Source: Eledone cirrhosa (lineage: Eukaryota). From it: a stretch of 64,000 bases of DNA. Where the stretch lies: NCBI GenBank assembly GCA_964016885.1, contig OZ024742.1, forward strand, positions 99,882,001 through 99,946,000. The letters are read 5' to 3'. The notes beneath the pieces were generated by a model. It saw only the letters and a program-made list of their open reading frames with translations. It was not told where the DNA came from and ran no database searches. The position numbers were made by a program, and so were the translations under genes. Of this stretch, positions 16,876 through 31,911 are shown in pieces. Position 1 is the stretch's first letter. Each line of letters begins with the position of its first letter.

Positions 16876-18370
16876 AAAAGTTATATTTAAATTGTTGGAA
16901 TACAACAAGCAAATATTTTTATAACTGATATAAAGCACTCAACAAATTATTGGAGTAAAAATACGATATATTAACAAATGGAAACTATATTTATAAAACC
17001 ATATTTATTTCATTATATATATTTCAAGGACACCTAGTCAAATTATGGTGCGCTTTCGTCCGATAAAATATAATATAGATCAGTTTTATAAATAAATATT
17101 GACATACCCTTAAAGAATGCAACCATTTCTGTTGGAAGCTCCCGGATACTATCCGGGAGCTTCCAAATAATACTCTACGCCACAGACCACATCTTAAACA
17201 AAAAATCTGAGGCAATTTCGGCTTGTAAACATAAATTGCACAAAAGTTTCCTGTATTACAGCCCCACGTTATACCCTAACGGATAGTACGATCTATACGT
17301 GGATATTTTACGTCTTGATGTGGTAGCTAAGTATATGTTTTATTTATACCATTACTTATTTGCATAGGTAAGTATATATTACCTGTATGTTTTGTGAAGG
17401 TACGTATACCTTCTCGTACGTATATTTGATTGTATATGTTATGGCGTATAATTTTATATTTACTGGTACATATGGTTTGGTTATGTGTATACGGGTCTTT
17501 TGCGTTTGTGTGAGTATGCAGGTTCGTACGTATGTAGGGTCAGTGTATATGTGTACTCCATGTTTTGGTCTCCGAACATTTGTGTATTTACATGTAGGCA
17601 TGTGTGTGTGCTTGTTATATACGTATTTATTTATTTATATACGTTTATTTAATTATTTATTTATTTGTATACACGCATACACACACACATATTTATATGT
17701 GCGTGGTTTTGTATACCTATGGTAAGTGTTTTCACGTATGCTTGTGTATGTACGTATTTGTATGCGTGTATGTATTTATTTAATTTCTATTACCTCTGTA
17801 TTGTATTTATTTACTTTGTTCTTAACTCTGAAGCGGAGATTCATTCGGTCTCCTAGTTAGAATTTTAGTCTACGACGTCAGCTATACCATTTACGTGGTT
17901 TTGTCTTTGCGTGCAATTGTTCTCCACGCTCCACATATGACGTATTATCTTCGTTTTTTTCGTTCATTGCCAGAGAACGTCTCTATGAACCACCTAAGAT
18001 AACATTAGTCTACGACCTCTTTTATACCATAAACGTGTTTCTGTCTTTGCGTGTAATTGTTTTTCACCGCTCCTATTAATGACGTATTATATTCGTTTTT
18101 TCCCGTTCTTTACCATGGAACGTTTCCAAGAACCAAAGTATCGTCTTCCTGTCTTCCTCCGGCTGTAACGTTTTTTGAAATATCCACTTCTGCGTTTACA
18201 GATTGACTTTGTTAGTTTCAGAAGATCCCGTTAAGGGTGAAAGCAGCGATTCTTTGCTTAAACTTTAATCTATTATTTTAATAAATATTTGCTCTACGGT
18301 TCTTATATATTTGATATATATTTATCCTTATCGAGCCCTCTTTGGATTTTAGTCTTCAAATTTATTATTA
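16870..18370 (+). mobile_element. Penelope-like element 3' remnant (GIY-YIG C-terminus, 3' UTR, degenerate hammerhead)
   Basis: From 17164 reads QIILYATDHILNKKSEAISACKHK, matching the PLE LNKRSE..S.CRH motif. ~140-bp tandem duplication at 17865-18135. CAGAAGA-TCCC-GTTAA-GGGT-GAAA at ~18219-18242. Confidence 0.65.
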
Positions 18371-18371
18371 T

Positions 18372-18730
<359 letters not shown>

Positions 18731-19047
18731 AGATTTGTGATTTACTGAGGCGAGTACCAAACCCAGCACTCTGTTCTAAGTGTCAGAGTGTATATATTGA
18801 AAACAAAGCGAGGTTTCACATCAAGGTCTGTATTGATTATACAGTTACCTACGTCCGTTCTACTGATGGGTTGCTCAGGGTCTATATAAATGCTATAGAA
18901 CCGACTCCAGCCCGATCTGCTCACCAGATTTGTTAAGCAACAAAACCCAATATCTTATATACAGTATATATATGTAAGAATGCACACGTACATACACACA
19001 CACATATATACACACACACCCATACACACACACACACACTAAAAAAA

Positions 19048-19326
19048 GTCTAAAGTCTGTCTTAAGCCAGAAGGCTCATTTCGCCGATGCTTAACCCGGT
19101 TTCATGGCGTGAAGCGACTGAGAGTACAAGACTCCCCGCTGGACAGGACGCCAGTCCATCACAGGGTTAAACTTCCAGCTATTGCTGGTACTCATTTTCA
19201 GCTGAGTATACTGGAGCAACGTGAAATGAAATGTTTTGCTCAAAAACACAACACGCAACCCAGGAATCGAATCCACGACATTATGATCATAAGTCCAACT
19301 CTCTTACCACTAGGTCACCTGCCTCC
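19048..19326 (-). mobile_element. tRNA-derived SINE (family 2)
   Basis: On the minus strand, A/B-box head followed by GTGTTTTTGAGCAAAAC..CAGCTGAAAATGAGTACC core. Close copy at 37487-37760. Confidence 0.8.
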
Positions 19327-19875
19327 ACTACACACACATACACACTTATTTTAAAACCTACGCGGTTGAGTGCTTATTCGATTTGTGCTATCTATGCAAT
19401 TTTTTGTATGATATACACATATTGAATTCATTTGCCAAAATCTGGGGAATTTCCCCTTGTGAGTTACACATGTGCCTTTACGAGGTTCTGCGTCACTCAC
19501 AAAGTTGGTTGAAGAGCAAAATACCTGTTGATAACGTGATATTACTTGTTCGATCTTTATGCTGAAAGTTTATAGTTTTAAGCAGACAGTATTATTGATT
19601 TAGGTGTCATAGAAACCCTGCATTTGGATTTTACCATCAATTCCACTTGGGTCCAGGTCTGTTTACATCATTTATTTTGTTTGACCTGTTTAGCTTGACT
19701 TGTTTTTTGTCTTAGGTGGTTAATGCCTTCTTGACCACTTTTCAGTTTGTATGGCGTTTTAACATATTGTTTAGCTCTAGTTTTCTTGACGATTGGAGCG
19801 CTTGCCAGCATTTCTACGATTTTGCGTTTCGTTTCGCTTTTTCTACCGGCCAAAATACGATTCTCGCTGAATATA

Positions 19876-19943
<68 letters not shown>

Positions 19944-19961
19944 TACATATATATATGTTCT

Positions 19962-20462
19962 CATGGGTTATATTGAACATTAATAATTGTTTCTACTTTA
20001 GGCACAAGGCCAGCAATTACTCCAATGTATTACTGGTACTTTATTTTATCGACTCCGTAAGGATGAAAGGCAAAGTTAACCTCGGCGGGATTTGAACTCA
20101 GAATGGCAAGGGCCGTAACTCTATGCGTCCGACCCTCTACCGATAATAATAATGTTTGATTCGTTTGTAAATAAACGGCCAGTGTGGGACGGGCAGCTGA
20201 CGATCAGTCACCGGTACGGCACAGCTTACACACTGGCCGTTTGTTTACAAACGAATCAAGCATTATTATCAGTAGAAGGTCGGACGCCATGCTTTGCAGC
20301 ATAGAGTTACGCCCCTTTATGGTGTGAGTTCAAATCCCGCCGAGGTTCAATTTGCCTTTCATCCTTACGGGGTCGATAAAATAAAGTACCAGTAATGTAC
20401 TGGGGTAATTGCTGGCCTTGTGCCCATAGTAGAAACAGTTATTAATGTTCGATATAACCCAT
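19962..20462. mobile_element. ~500-bp fold-back with a family-1 SINE in each arm
   Basis: Termini ATGGGTTATATTGAACATTAATAA / TTATTAATGTTCGATATAACCCAT. SINEs at ~19985-20144 (-) and ~20268-20445 (+). Inner hairpin 20147-20270. Confidence 0.8.
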
Positions 20463-20571
20463 ACGTACATATGTATATGTATATGTATATGTATATGTGT
20501 GTGTGTGTGTACGTGTGCATACTTACATTGATGTATTGGCTGTGCTAAGATGAGAAATACAATTCTAATTT

Positions 20572-20977
<406 letters not shown>

Positions 20978-20983
<6 letters not shown>

Positions 20984-21452
20984 AAAAAGTAAAAAGGAAA
21001 AAAATACAATAGAAAATGGTGGAGGGATTTGTTCAGTATAAGATCAGAACATTTATTTATAAAGTGGAGATTTCCGCTTTTAATCGTGGTACCGGTTTCA
21101 GGATTATATATGGTTTTTCAACGACGGAAGTGTTAATTGCAGTTAAATTGTATTCTGTTGGTCAACTAGCAGAGAGCGAAAGAGAGCCTCGAACAGAAAC
21201 ATGAAATTTCCTCTATAAATAGGTATGAAAAAAACTAATAATGTTTCTTCTGCATTTTATTATCATTCGTATATATATATATGCAATTTAACTGCACTTT
21301 ACACTTCCGTCGTTGAAAAAGCATATAATGCTGAAACCGGTACCACGATTAAATGCGGAAATCCCCACTTTATAAATAAATGTTTTGATATTATACTGAA
21401 AAAATCCTTCCAGCATCTTCTACTGTATTTTTTCCTTTTTACTATTTGTTTA
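20978..21452. mobile_element. Fold-back element (~170-bp arms) between (TA)n tracts
   Basis: 20980-21150 is the reverse complement of 21283-21450. Arms carry a decayed hammerhead at 21308-21347: TTGAAAA-AGCA.TATAA.TGCT-GAAAC-CG-GTA. Confidence 0.8.
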
Positions 21453-21498
21453 TATATATATATATATCAACTCGTGTGTCACTTTTCTACATTACTTA

Positions 21499-21592
<94 letters not shown>

Positions 21593-21632
21593 TGTGTGTG
21601 TGTGCGTGTGTGTATTTATGCATGTGTGTGTG

Positions 21633-21678
<46 letters not shown>

Positions 21679-23599
21679 GTACGCATTCCCGATGGGTATC
21701 AAGAGGTGATCAAATATTTTAAAATATTTCTCAATACGTTAGTACAATATAGACATCTTCATGTCATATAGAAATTACTTTTAGAGGACAACAACTGGTT
21801 TATTTATGTGAAATAATCAGGAATGAATAATTCTATGTTTGTAAGACACGTCTATATAAAATGGCTTAGTGGTTAGAAAATTGGATCCACTATCGTGAGG
21901 TTGTGAGTTCTATTGCCATACCGCTCGGGGCGTTCTGACCTTCAGCAAGACGTTTATTTCCTGATGCTCATTTTGCCAGGAGTTGGGGCCGGTAGATAGT
22001 ATCAACAATAGAACCATTGTTTTCTTGCTCCGATTTGACATGTTCAACCCCACTTGGTAAGCGAATGAGTTGTGGCATCTTGTCGATTGTTAACACAAAA
22101 TATGCGTGTGTCTGTGTGTGTCTGTGTAAACATATATTGGCAAGCAAAAGTGACGACATCAGAAACAAAATTCTTATCAAGCACTTTCAATGAAACTTGC
22201 ACGAAAATATTCTTGTACTCTGTGAGTTTCGCTGCCTGTTCCTCGTGGCAATGTGTTAAGATTTCTCGATACACATTCTATCAATTCTCTTTGTTCTTTC
22301 TGTCATTGTTGTAATATTAATAGTTGGCTTCAGTGAAACTGTATCGGTGAATAGGTCGCAGACAGTACGACGAAAAGTCTGCACCACGGAATAAATGGAA
22401 GAAAAATTAACAATCTGGGCTTTTTGATTTGACTAGAATATTTCTTTCACGATGTAATTGCTTTCGTTTCAACTTCGTATGCTTGAAATATAATTCTTTT
22501 AAACCTCAGATAAACCATCAGTTAAAGTACCTTTCTCTCTTCATCTGTTTGCTTCTCCACCTCTTCTACTCTTTTTTTCTCTCTCGTTCTCCCCATCCGT
22601 TATTTCTGTTACACTAATTTCTCTCTTACGCTAACTGTTATCTAAGTTCTCGTGTTAACTGGATACACACTTCATCCAATACGGACTGCCAAAAATTTAC
22701 TCAAGTTACTGAATTCTCCCCAAAGAATCTCTACTAGAACTAGCGCCGCCAACAACATCACCATTTGAAGAGTATTTACTGCTTTTGTTACTATTATAGC
22801 CCATTATTTGATTAAATGTTAAATGTTGGATACAAAAGCAATTTTTACCCTCAAAGTGATAATATTTCAAATTATCAGCATTTTGACATTTGCGATACAC
22901 TTTGAATCTTCTCTTGCTTGCTGATGTATGCCCCAACAAACGTATATATTTTTTATACATGGTGTTACCTAGAAGCATGTTTTTATGTATAACAATATAT
23001 TTAGGAATATTAACTTTAGTTCTAATAGGTTCTAATATAGCCTGATTCATAATAGTGGTATTTACCTATGAAGGCGTACACGATATATTCAGATATGATT
23101 ATCTCTTTATATATATATATATATCAAATTACAAAATATGAGGAAATAATAGACAAAAATATACCTATTTTTTCTTCAAAGTCCCGACTGCGGTTTCACC
23201 GATCCGTGTGCTCCGAATTCTGCACTTTAAAAGTGCATCATCGCTGTGAGGTTGATACGGCTTATCAAGAGACCACTCAGAAAAAAGGACTGTTTCTTGA
23301 CGCGTATATAGCAAGTGAGAAAGTCTCAGAGGCGAAGGGAGAGATTAACACGTAATACAGGAGTTTAAAAAAAGGATTCTTTCTTTCGTACCAAGTGAGA
23401 ATTTCTCGAGAGGCGAGGAGAGAGATAAACACGATACAGTGGTCACAGAAGGAGAGTAAGGTGGACAGTGAGCGAATAACCTATTTGCTAGAAAAAGCAG
23501 TTAATACACTCGTCGTTAACTCGACCACAGGGGAATTTGGGACAATATAATAATGAAATACACACACATATTCATATGTAATTGTGTGTGTGTGTGGTG

Positions 23600-23640
<41 letters not shown>

Positions 23641-23698
23641 CATATATGTATATATACCACGATAAATTAACGGAGGCATAGGCCCCTTCAACATATTG

Positions 23699-23764
<66 letters not shown>

Positions 23765-23787
23765 TCTCATGTATATATAGATATTTA

Positions 23788-23896
<109 letters not shown>

Positions 23897-24894
23897 GTGT
23901 GTGTGTGTGTAAGTATGCATACGTACATACACACACATATATATATACACACACATATATACATATACATATGTACGCATGGATTATATCGAACATTAAT
24001 AATAATGCCTGTGTTAAGAGGTGAATATGTCACAGGTATCTCAGTAGCCGTATTGGAAAGCCAGGCAGGGTTCCAGGAATTTTCATATTTCATCAGTGAT
24101 ATTTATTAGCTCGGTACAGAGAGTAGAATAAGCTATAGTTTATATAAATAATTTTATGTGTATATTACATCTGTTGAAGAATTGCTGATGGTAGAGTGAT
24201 GGTGAGGAGATGGTAGGGTGGTTAAGGTACTAGTTGTTTTTAGGAGTTCATGTTCTTGATAATGTATTAAACACCATCTATTGTTTGTTTTTATTTCTTG
24301 TTGTCTTTATGAAAACCTCACTCAACGCAGAAATAAAAGCAAACAGAATTAGAAAAAAAATGCAGAAGCATAGCAAAAAAAAATAAAACATCAAAGAAGA
24401 AAAATAAGGCAACAATAACAAAAAGAAAAAATTTCTAAGCAATAAATGTAACAAAAAAACGTAAATGTAACAAGAAAACGAAATATATATAAGTTACCCC
24501 CGCAGGGTGACTGAACAGTCTTTATGTGTATATGTGCGTGATCCAATGTTTAAATGATAACAACGATACACACGAATCGATGAAAAGGTATTTTATAGTC
24601 TTTAAGTAACGTTTGATGAAAACACAGGTGTCTTTAAACTTCCCATCGTATAGAATCTTGTGTTGAAGATGTATACTTTCATGTCGCTATTGTTTGGACT
24701 GGTTGAGCAGCTAAGACTGCGTGATGTGTGCTCTGGATGGTTTTTGTTTTTTGTTTTTGATATATTGTTATATATAGTCATATATACTTAGTTAAATATT
24801 GCTTGCAAACGCCGAGACCTATTCAATCTTCCCTCTTCTGCAACCTCTGATGCTTTGATACATTTTACCTGACTGTTGATAAGTGCCTGGTCGA

Positions 24895-24966
<72 letters not shown>

Positions 24967-25053
24967 TCTCTATATATAAATAAATAAATAAATATACATA
25001 TATATATATATACATGTGTGTGTGATTCTCTCTCGTACATTATATATATATAC

Positions 25054-25101
<48 letters not shown>

Positions 25102-26104
25102 ATGTATGTGTATACATTATACATATGACGTGTTTGTAATTTTACACGGAAACATGTGTAAATCACATTTGAGTTAAAATTATGAAGAATCATTTATTAA
25201 TGTATATTATGTCAAAATAGAATATTATTTCCTTCTACTGGGTTCACATAATCTCACAGCTTCATGAGAATAAATGAAATGGCTGAGTGTTTAAGATGTT
25301 TTATTTTTTTGCATTCATGAGGTCCTCGGTTCAATCATGCTGGGTGACATCTTTTTACCATAGCCTCCACTTCAACCAGTACTAATGAGTGAAACTTGGT
25401 AGGCAAGAACTCTGTGGAAGCTGGTTGAAGGGATTCCACCTGTAATTCAAATACCTAGCTTTGTTATATTCTCCCGTGCCGATTCGAATTAGGAATTTCT
25501 TTAAGGGTACGCGAGTTTGTGGAATACTCAACGAAACTTTGATTTATGAGTCGGCTGTTCAATTGATCGAACGACTGAATACTCGTCACCGAAACCACCG
25601 GTGACTCTATCAGTATTAATAACCAATCAGATACGTAGGTTTACGAAAATATCTGTATCCACTTCTTTTCAACAATTGCTCTTGAGCCAAATTATGAAAT
25701 AATCGTCGTTATCATCAGTAGCAGCATCACTATCGTTGCTTTAACAGCAGCCTTAAAGCGTCTAACAAAATATTTTGCAGCATTTGCTTTGTCTCTTTAC
25801 AATTTGATTTAAAATCACGTCTAGGTAAACTTTGCCTGTCACCCTTCAAGAGTTGATAAAATAAAGTACCAGTCAAGTACTAGTGTGAATTTTATCGGCT
25901 TTTCCCACTCGCAAATTTCCGTGATCTGCTTAAATTAGAAACCGCTATTTATCTTGATTTTCTGTCTCGTCTTGCTGGTTTATTTAGCGTTCAAATCTAG
26001 TAATTAATGTGATAATTATAAATTATTACTGGTTCATTTACCCTATTGAATTTCATTATCTTGTTGTTTTAGTACTAATACAGTATATCCACCAATATGA
26101 GCAC

Positions 26105-26310
26105 AGTATTGGCAGAGGCATTAGAGCGTCGGACAAATGCATAGCAGTATTTTCACGGGTTCTTTAAGTTCTGAGCTTAAATTTCGCCAATTTCAACTTC
26201 GCTTTTCACACTTTCGGGGTCGATAGATTATTGTACCAATCAATTTCTGGAGATAATAAAATCGACGTTCCTCTTCACCCAAATTACTGGCTTTGTACCA
26301 ATGTTAGAAA
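26105..26310 (+). mobile_element. Degenerate family-1 SINE
   Basis: Head TTGGCAGAGGCATTAGAGCGTCGGAC and core CTTTCGGGGTCGATA..GTACCA. Another decayed copy at ~25800-25940. Confidence 0.6.
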
Positions 26311-26329
26311 TGATTTATGATATTCCATC

Positions 26330-27500
26330 TTAAACTTTTCTTCCATTAGTGTGAGTTGTACCCTACTTGAATCATTAATTTCTAACTATTTGCAACCTGT
26401 GTTTGCAATAATTCTCTTATTTATTATTCCTTATCTAACATGACTTCAATGTGCTTAATTAATTTTCTTCTCTTCAAAATTGTTTGTGTGAGTGCATGCC
26501 TGTTTAAAATTTTCATTAGGATTGTTAGCTGTGATTAGAAAAGGAGTGGAGAGAGGGACTAGTCTTGACACATGGAATTATTTTATGATTCTTTCCATCG
26601 TTATCGTGCATGGAATTGTTTACCATTCACTAATGACATTATATAATATATCAAATTATCATTTGCGCTATCTTACACATTCCTAATATTTCCAGAATAC
26701 ACATATGTAAAACGCTGCCAAAAACCTTCTTGAAGTCAATATATGTTATGCTTAAGTCCTACCATCTTCATTTATAGTTTTGTTGATTTGTAATTGATCT
26801 TTACAACCATATATACTTTTGCAGCTTCCTTCTCCTCTTCTGGAAATAATGTGGGCCCTTTTCCAGATGTTTATTATACACCACAATATTATTACAGTGA
26901 AAGCTTTCTAAACAGTTGGAAGGTGATTTATGTGCCTGTGGATTTTATGGTTTACCGTTTTTTTAGTCTAGGGAATTAAAATGGCTTTATCCCAGAGAGC
27001 CAGTCAAATCTTGTTTCCGGATTTTTAGTATGTTATTAAATATTTCTACAGTATTTTATGAGTGTTTCTTAAATATTTTAACCAGGTGTCAGGGGATTCT
27101 ATTATTCCAGGTGCTTACTATCTAGTAGCGTCTAGACTAACTGTTGTATTAATATGGTCTCCCACGAGTGTTCAAATTGTACGATGATTGTATTAAGCAA
27201 CATACGTTGTGATTTTTTTCTTCTGTTATTATCCATACTCGTCCCCAGTATTCTTTCTAATTTTTGCTATCAATGCTGCACAGATTTTTCTATTTTATTT
27301 TCTCATAATTCTCTATAAAATTGTTTTAGATAATCTTTAGCGTGACTATTTATTTTATTGTATGATTGTTGATAAAGCTGAAGCATCATCCTGTAATGTA
27401 GGAATCATGTCAGTATGAATGCTATTGAGGAATAAACCCTTATTTTGCAGGTACTTGATAGCACCACGATGCCAATTTTTTTGCATTTTCTAGAGAAGTT
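26330..27500 (-). pseudogene. Highly decayed R4/Dong-type RT fragment
   Basis: Minus strand, with frameshifts, reads PEEEKEAA..YGCKDQLQINKTI, ITYIDFKKVFGSV and SLSPLLF, homologous to the 4.2-5.3 kb RT. Confidence 0.6.
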
Positions 27501-28089
27501 ACAAGTAATATTTAAGTTTACTTTTACCAGTCAGATGTCAGTTTACTTGGACGGAAACAATGCATTTATTAATGAAAAGAGTTGAAATTAATGCATGCAA
27601 TATTTCACAGCCTTAGCATCACACCTTCATAGTCAGCCTATGAACGTTTCAGCCCACGCTCGTATAGTGTATGGTTTACCTGTATGGCGGTGTAGACAAA
27701 TTATTGTGTGGTTTATAGTATTGTATTCGAAGTGTTTTATTTATATGTCCTGACTCTAGTGGGAATAATACCTTTACTGTGTGTTAAGTTCTGTGGTTTT
27801 ATATGTTTGTTGGTGTGTTGATGCCTACGTTAATGGTTTAGATAATGGTATAGTTTTTATTTTCATATCACACATCTAGCTTATTTCAATTTCAATATCT
27901 TCTGCCCGTCATATATACCGAGAAAGGGGTCAGAAAGATCAAAACGTCTCTAAGACAGCAACACATTTTATTCATAATCTTGAGGAATATATCTGAATGA
28001 TCTGGCTTGATCTCAGTTACATTGAGAAAGATACGTCTAAAATAATTGCGACTAAGTCGTTCGAATTTACCATGTTTCAGACAAAATTA

Positions 28090-29040
28090 TACTTTCACTT
28101 CTCTGCTTTTCCCACAACCGAGAGGGAGTGCTTGGAGACTGGAATGTCTTCAGGCGTCCCAGCTCTCAGCTAATCGGGCTCTACGCTCGGTGGAAACTCT
28201 TCCTTAGCATTCTATAGAGGATTATTGGATGGTAAGAGCGACAATGTCTTTGCGGAGACATTAAGCGTCGATTAAAATCAACCAGCCAATGTCTTCCGGA
28301 GAACATCTTTGGGCGGATAATTTCCAGAAAATCTTGGCCTGGCTGCTACCGAGAAGCTTTGACAGTTAGCGATAAACTCGACAGGTATGGAAGGACGTCA
28401 ACCGGACATATCCGAAATGCGCGCAGGACGACGAAACCGTCCTGCACGCACTCATTCAGTGTCCGAGCATAGCTGACTTGTAGGTTTATGTCGAACATCT
28501 GCTGTCCAGTGTAGGTCGTATACGGTGACCAGCTGAGTCCATAGGGAAGATTGCCCTGCCATTTTCCTTTAGCGGGAAGGGCAAGCAGTTTTTATTTGCC
28601 TGGTGGTCATGGCGAAAGAGGTTGTGTGGTGGACACGGATTAAAGGGCTGTAGACGCGCACGTACCTCTGTTACGAAGCACTGATTTTTTCAAATTTAAT
28701 TCGAAAAGGAAAATCAGAGTGGAGAGGAAAGTGCTCCTTCCCCAGCAATTTGTTGAAAGATGGGTGAGAGTGGCGAGCATGACCGAGTGAAAGGGTCTGC
28801 TCTGAGTAGGCGCCTGTAGTCTGGAAATGGAAAACTGGGAGAGGGCCCTTGCCATGGTGTTCAGGGGCACCATGGATTTTTTGTGGGAATTCTCCACGAG
28901 TGACCCTCGGAAATCCCCACCCACATTGGGGAAATGTTCCTTTGTTTAATTTTTTATTAAATCCTTTGTTTTTGTTTTGGGTTTGTTTTTTTACATGAAG
29001 AAATACCCATTTGCACCGCCCTGTGCTGTCCTTAATGCTA
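28090..29040 (+). mobile_element. L1/Tx1-like LINE 3' remnant (zf-RVT region)
   Basis: GC-richer segment. ~28410-28470 reads YPKCAQDDETVLHALIQCP (CCHC-like). T-rich 3' UTR follows. Stop codons present. Confidence 0.65.
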
Positions 29041-29382
29041 TGCTTTATTATTTCTTCGAATGTTTCAGCAAACCTCTACTGCATCCCCAGGTGCACATCT
29101 CTGTTCTTGGGGTGTGTGCGTATTTTGATTTCCTTATCGAGTTTAACTTGTTTTTTCTCACGTCATTGTAAGGTTTGTATATGGAATGTGAGTTGTGTTA
29201 TTTTGTTGGGTGGTAAATATGTTCTGCATGAGTGTTGTAATCAGTGCTATGTGTCTCAGTGTCGGGTTTATCGCGTGTGACTTATGTAGCATTAAGGTGT
29301 TGCGGCTGTCTAGAATGCTGGTTCCATGAGATATTTATGTTGCTGCGTCAAATATTGTTTATAGAAGAGTATGTTTCGTTTT

Positions 29383-29435
<53 letters not shown>

Positions 29436-29490
29436 TGTCATCATCATCATCAGTATCATCATCAGCATCATCATCATCGTCATCATCATC
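29383..29490. repeat. (CAT)n microsatellite with a degenerate extension to ~29880
   Basis: Direct reading; source of the poly-H/I/M ORFs. Confidence 0.95.
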
Positions 29491-30205
29491 TTCAACATTA
29501 CCATTATCTTTATTATCGTTATCATAATCCCATATCCCAATATCACCAGCAGCATTTTAATAATCATCATCATCGCAAACATTATAGTTACACTCATGCT
29601 CATTTTCCTTCTCGTCCTCCTCCTCATCACCATCAACTTCGTTAAATTCATCGGCGTTGGTGTGTATACTTATATTTATTGCCATTAATCATTATTATCA
29701 TCAACATCAACATCACGAATACCTACATTAATCTTCTGTATTCCGTGCCATCAGGCTCATCGTATTAATCACCATCATCATCACCATCATCACCATCCTC
29801 ATCATCACCATCGCCATCACCATTCCAGTTACCATCGTCGTCGCTGTTGTCCTCATTATCAGCATCATCATTATCACGAACGATTTACAAATTATCCACC
29901 ACGACATCCAGTATGGATTATGATATAGTGTAAATGTAATTACGTTCCGCATTATCAAGTGTGGTGTATTCTGATATCACAAACGTGGAAATTGATATTG
30001 TATACACACACATGCCCACACATAGAGATACACATAATCATATACAAAAATATACACATATTCACATACACACACATCAAACATACACATATAGTCATGC
30101 ATACACACCCATGAAAAGATATAGAAAGAATGTTTACGTATAAAATAGTACGACGCCTATATATTTGCAGACAAAAATGTATATATGAATTTATATATAT
30201 ATATG

Positions 30206-30239
<34 letters not shown>

Positions 30240-30394
30240 AACGGAAAAAATGAAACGAAATTTCATTTCTCACTCTTAGTACGGCTGTTACTTAAATATA
30301 AGTATGTACACGTACGTACATATATGTATACAGACGTACAGTAGTATGTATATATATATACATACATGCACACATATATATATATGTACGTATG

Positions 30395-30794
30395 TATTCA
30401 CCGAACATTTATTATAATGCTCGGTGTGTTTGTAAACAAACATCCCGTATTAAGCTGTACAGTGTCTAGCAACCATCGTTGCGCATTTGTTCAACACTAA
30501 CAAAGGAACGCTGTACTAGTTTCAAGCTTATTAGCTATCGTCAGCAACGTATACCTTCCTGCCAGATGATTGAACGTCTGAAAGTTTTTCCGTTTATCGT
30601 TTTCGGTACGCCCGGCCGATTAACTCACTCGATATGCAAATTAGGCTGACGATAGCTAATAAGCTTGAAACTAGTACAGCGTTCCTTTGTCAGTGTTGAA
30701 CAAATGAGCAACGATGGTTGCTAGACACTGTACGGCTTAATTCGGGATGTTTGTTTACAAACACACCGAGCATGATAATAGATGTTCGGTGAAT
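30395..30794. mobile_element. Fold-back (~150-bp arms) containing hammerhead ribozymes; Penelope-like inverted termini
   Basis: 30395-30545 is the reverse complement of 30645-30794. Confidence 0.8.
30508..30550 (-). ncRNA. Minimal type-I hammerhead ribozyme
   Basis: ACGTTG-CTGACGA-TAGCT.AATA.AGCTT-GAAAC-TA-GTA^-CAGCGT. 6-bp stem I, intact core, palindromic stem III (ACTAGT). Mirror core on + at 30646-30682. Confidence 0.8.
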
Positions 30795-30887
30795 CCAATC
30801 GTACATATATACGTACAATAATACGTACAATAATATATTTGACGGTAATGAAAGAAGTAAATTATGAAATGTTGACTTATACCTCTT

Positions 30888-30929
<42 letters not shown>

Positions 30930-31005
30930 CAAAGGAATTGTGGTAAGGAACCAGATGGACCATAACGCACCAGAGTACTCAATACTTAGGGTAGTAGAGT
31001 GGGAA

Positions 31006-31123
31006 ATAGGAAAAAGTATGACCCCAACGGCAGAGCTCATGCCGTTTCGACGGCTATTTCTGGACTTAGAAATAGCCGTCGAAACGGATTGAGCTCTGTA
31101 GTCGGGGTCATACTTTTTCCTAT
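31006..31123. repeat. ~118-bp hairpin element
   Basis: ATAGGAAAAAGTATGACCCC...GGGGTCATACTTTTTCCTAT. A single-arm relative lies at 16774-16826. Confidence 0.8.
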
Positions 31124-31277
31124 ATATATATATACTTAGGTTAATAGGAGTTAGGTATTGTATACCCGTGTCCCTTTAAGGTATTGGCAGCATAATAATT
31201 AGCTCTATGCTTTGGAGCAGAGCCGTATATATGATAAAGAACACAAGAGCGTCTACAACATCAAAAGATTTTTATTG

Positions 31278-31322
31278 GCTTACAATGTTTCTTCCTTACG
31301 TAACCGTAGGATTCGTCAGAGC
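31278..31322 (-). ncRNA. Minimal type-I hammerhead ribozyme
   Basis: GCT-CTGACGA-ATCCTACG.GTTA.CGTAAGGAA-GAAAC-ATT-GTA^-AGC followed by CAATAAA. Confidence 0.7.
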
Positions 31323-31911
31323 TATAAAAGGGGTTTGATTGGTGTTATGGACTCTACCAACCAAATATTCAAGAACAAAGAGTAAAGAGAGTAAAGAGCA
31401 AAAGCAGGGGACGATAAGTCTAATTTTGGTGCGGGAGGATGGGGTGTGGGTCCTTGTTTACTAGCTGTGGTCATATTTATTCCCGGGAGTCGAGTGGTTA
31501 GTTGAGCCATAGATGGGGTGGCGTTGATAGTAGGGTGCAGAGGGTGTGCAGAGGCTACACACACACAAAGGGCATACAAAATATATATAACGGAGGAGAA
31601 AGTACATGAGGTAATTAGAAATGGAAAAAGAGCAATAATGATAATCTATAATTAATAATGTATAATAAGGCATGGGGAAGATTACACTATAATAAGGTAT
31701 AAAAGTAAGAATAAGGTAAAATATAAAGGAGGATAAAAGTAAAAATAAGAATAAAGATAAAAAATATATATATATAAATAAAAAAAAATAAATATATATA
31801 TATATATATATTTATATACAGATGCACCTAACATGTCGGTCGGCAAAGACACACATCTCGCCATCTCTCTTAACTATTCAAAATCATGAAACTTGTGAAA
31901 CCAGTAAAGTT

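Noticed and set aside
22044-23355. Non-repetitive ORFs (22044-22274, 22706-23050, 23068-23355) as host exons
   Set aside because: No recognisable domain or convincing splice structure; cannot be excluded without RNA-seq or a homology search.
29244-29688. His-rich ORF
   Set aside because: Translation of (CAT)n.
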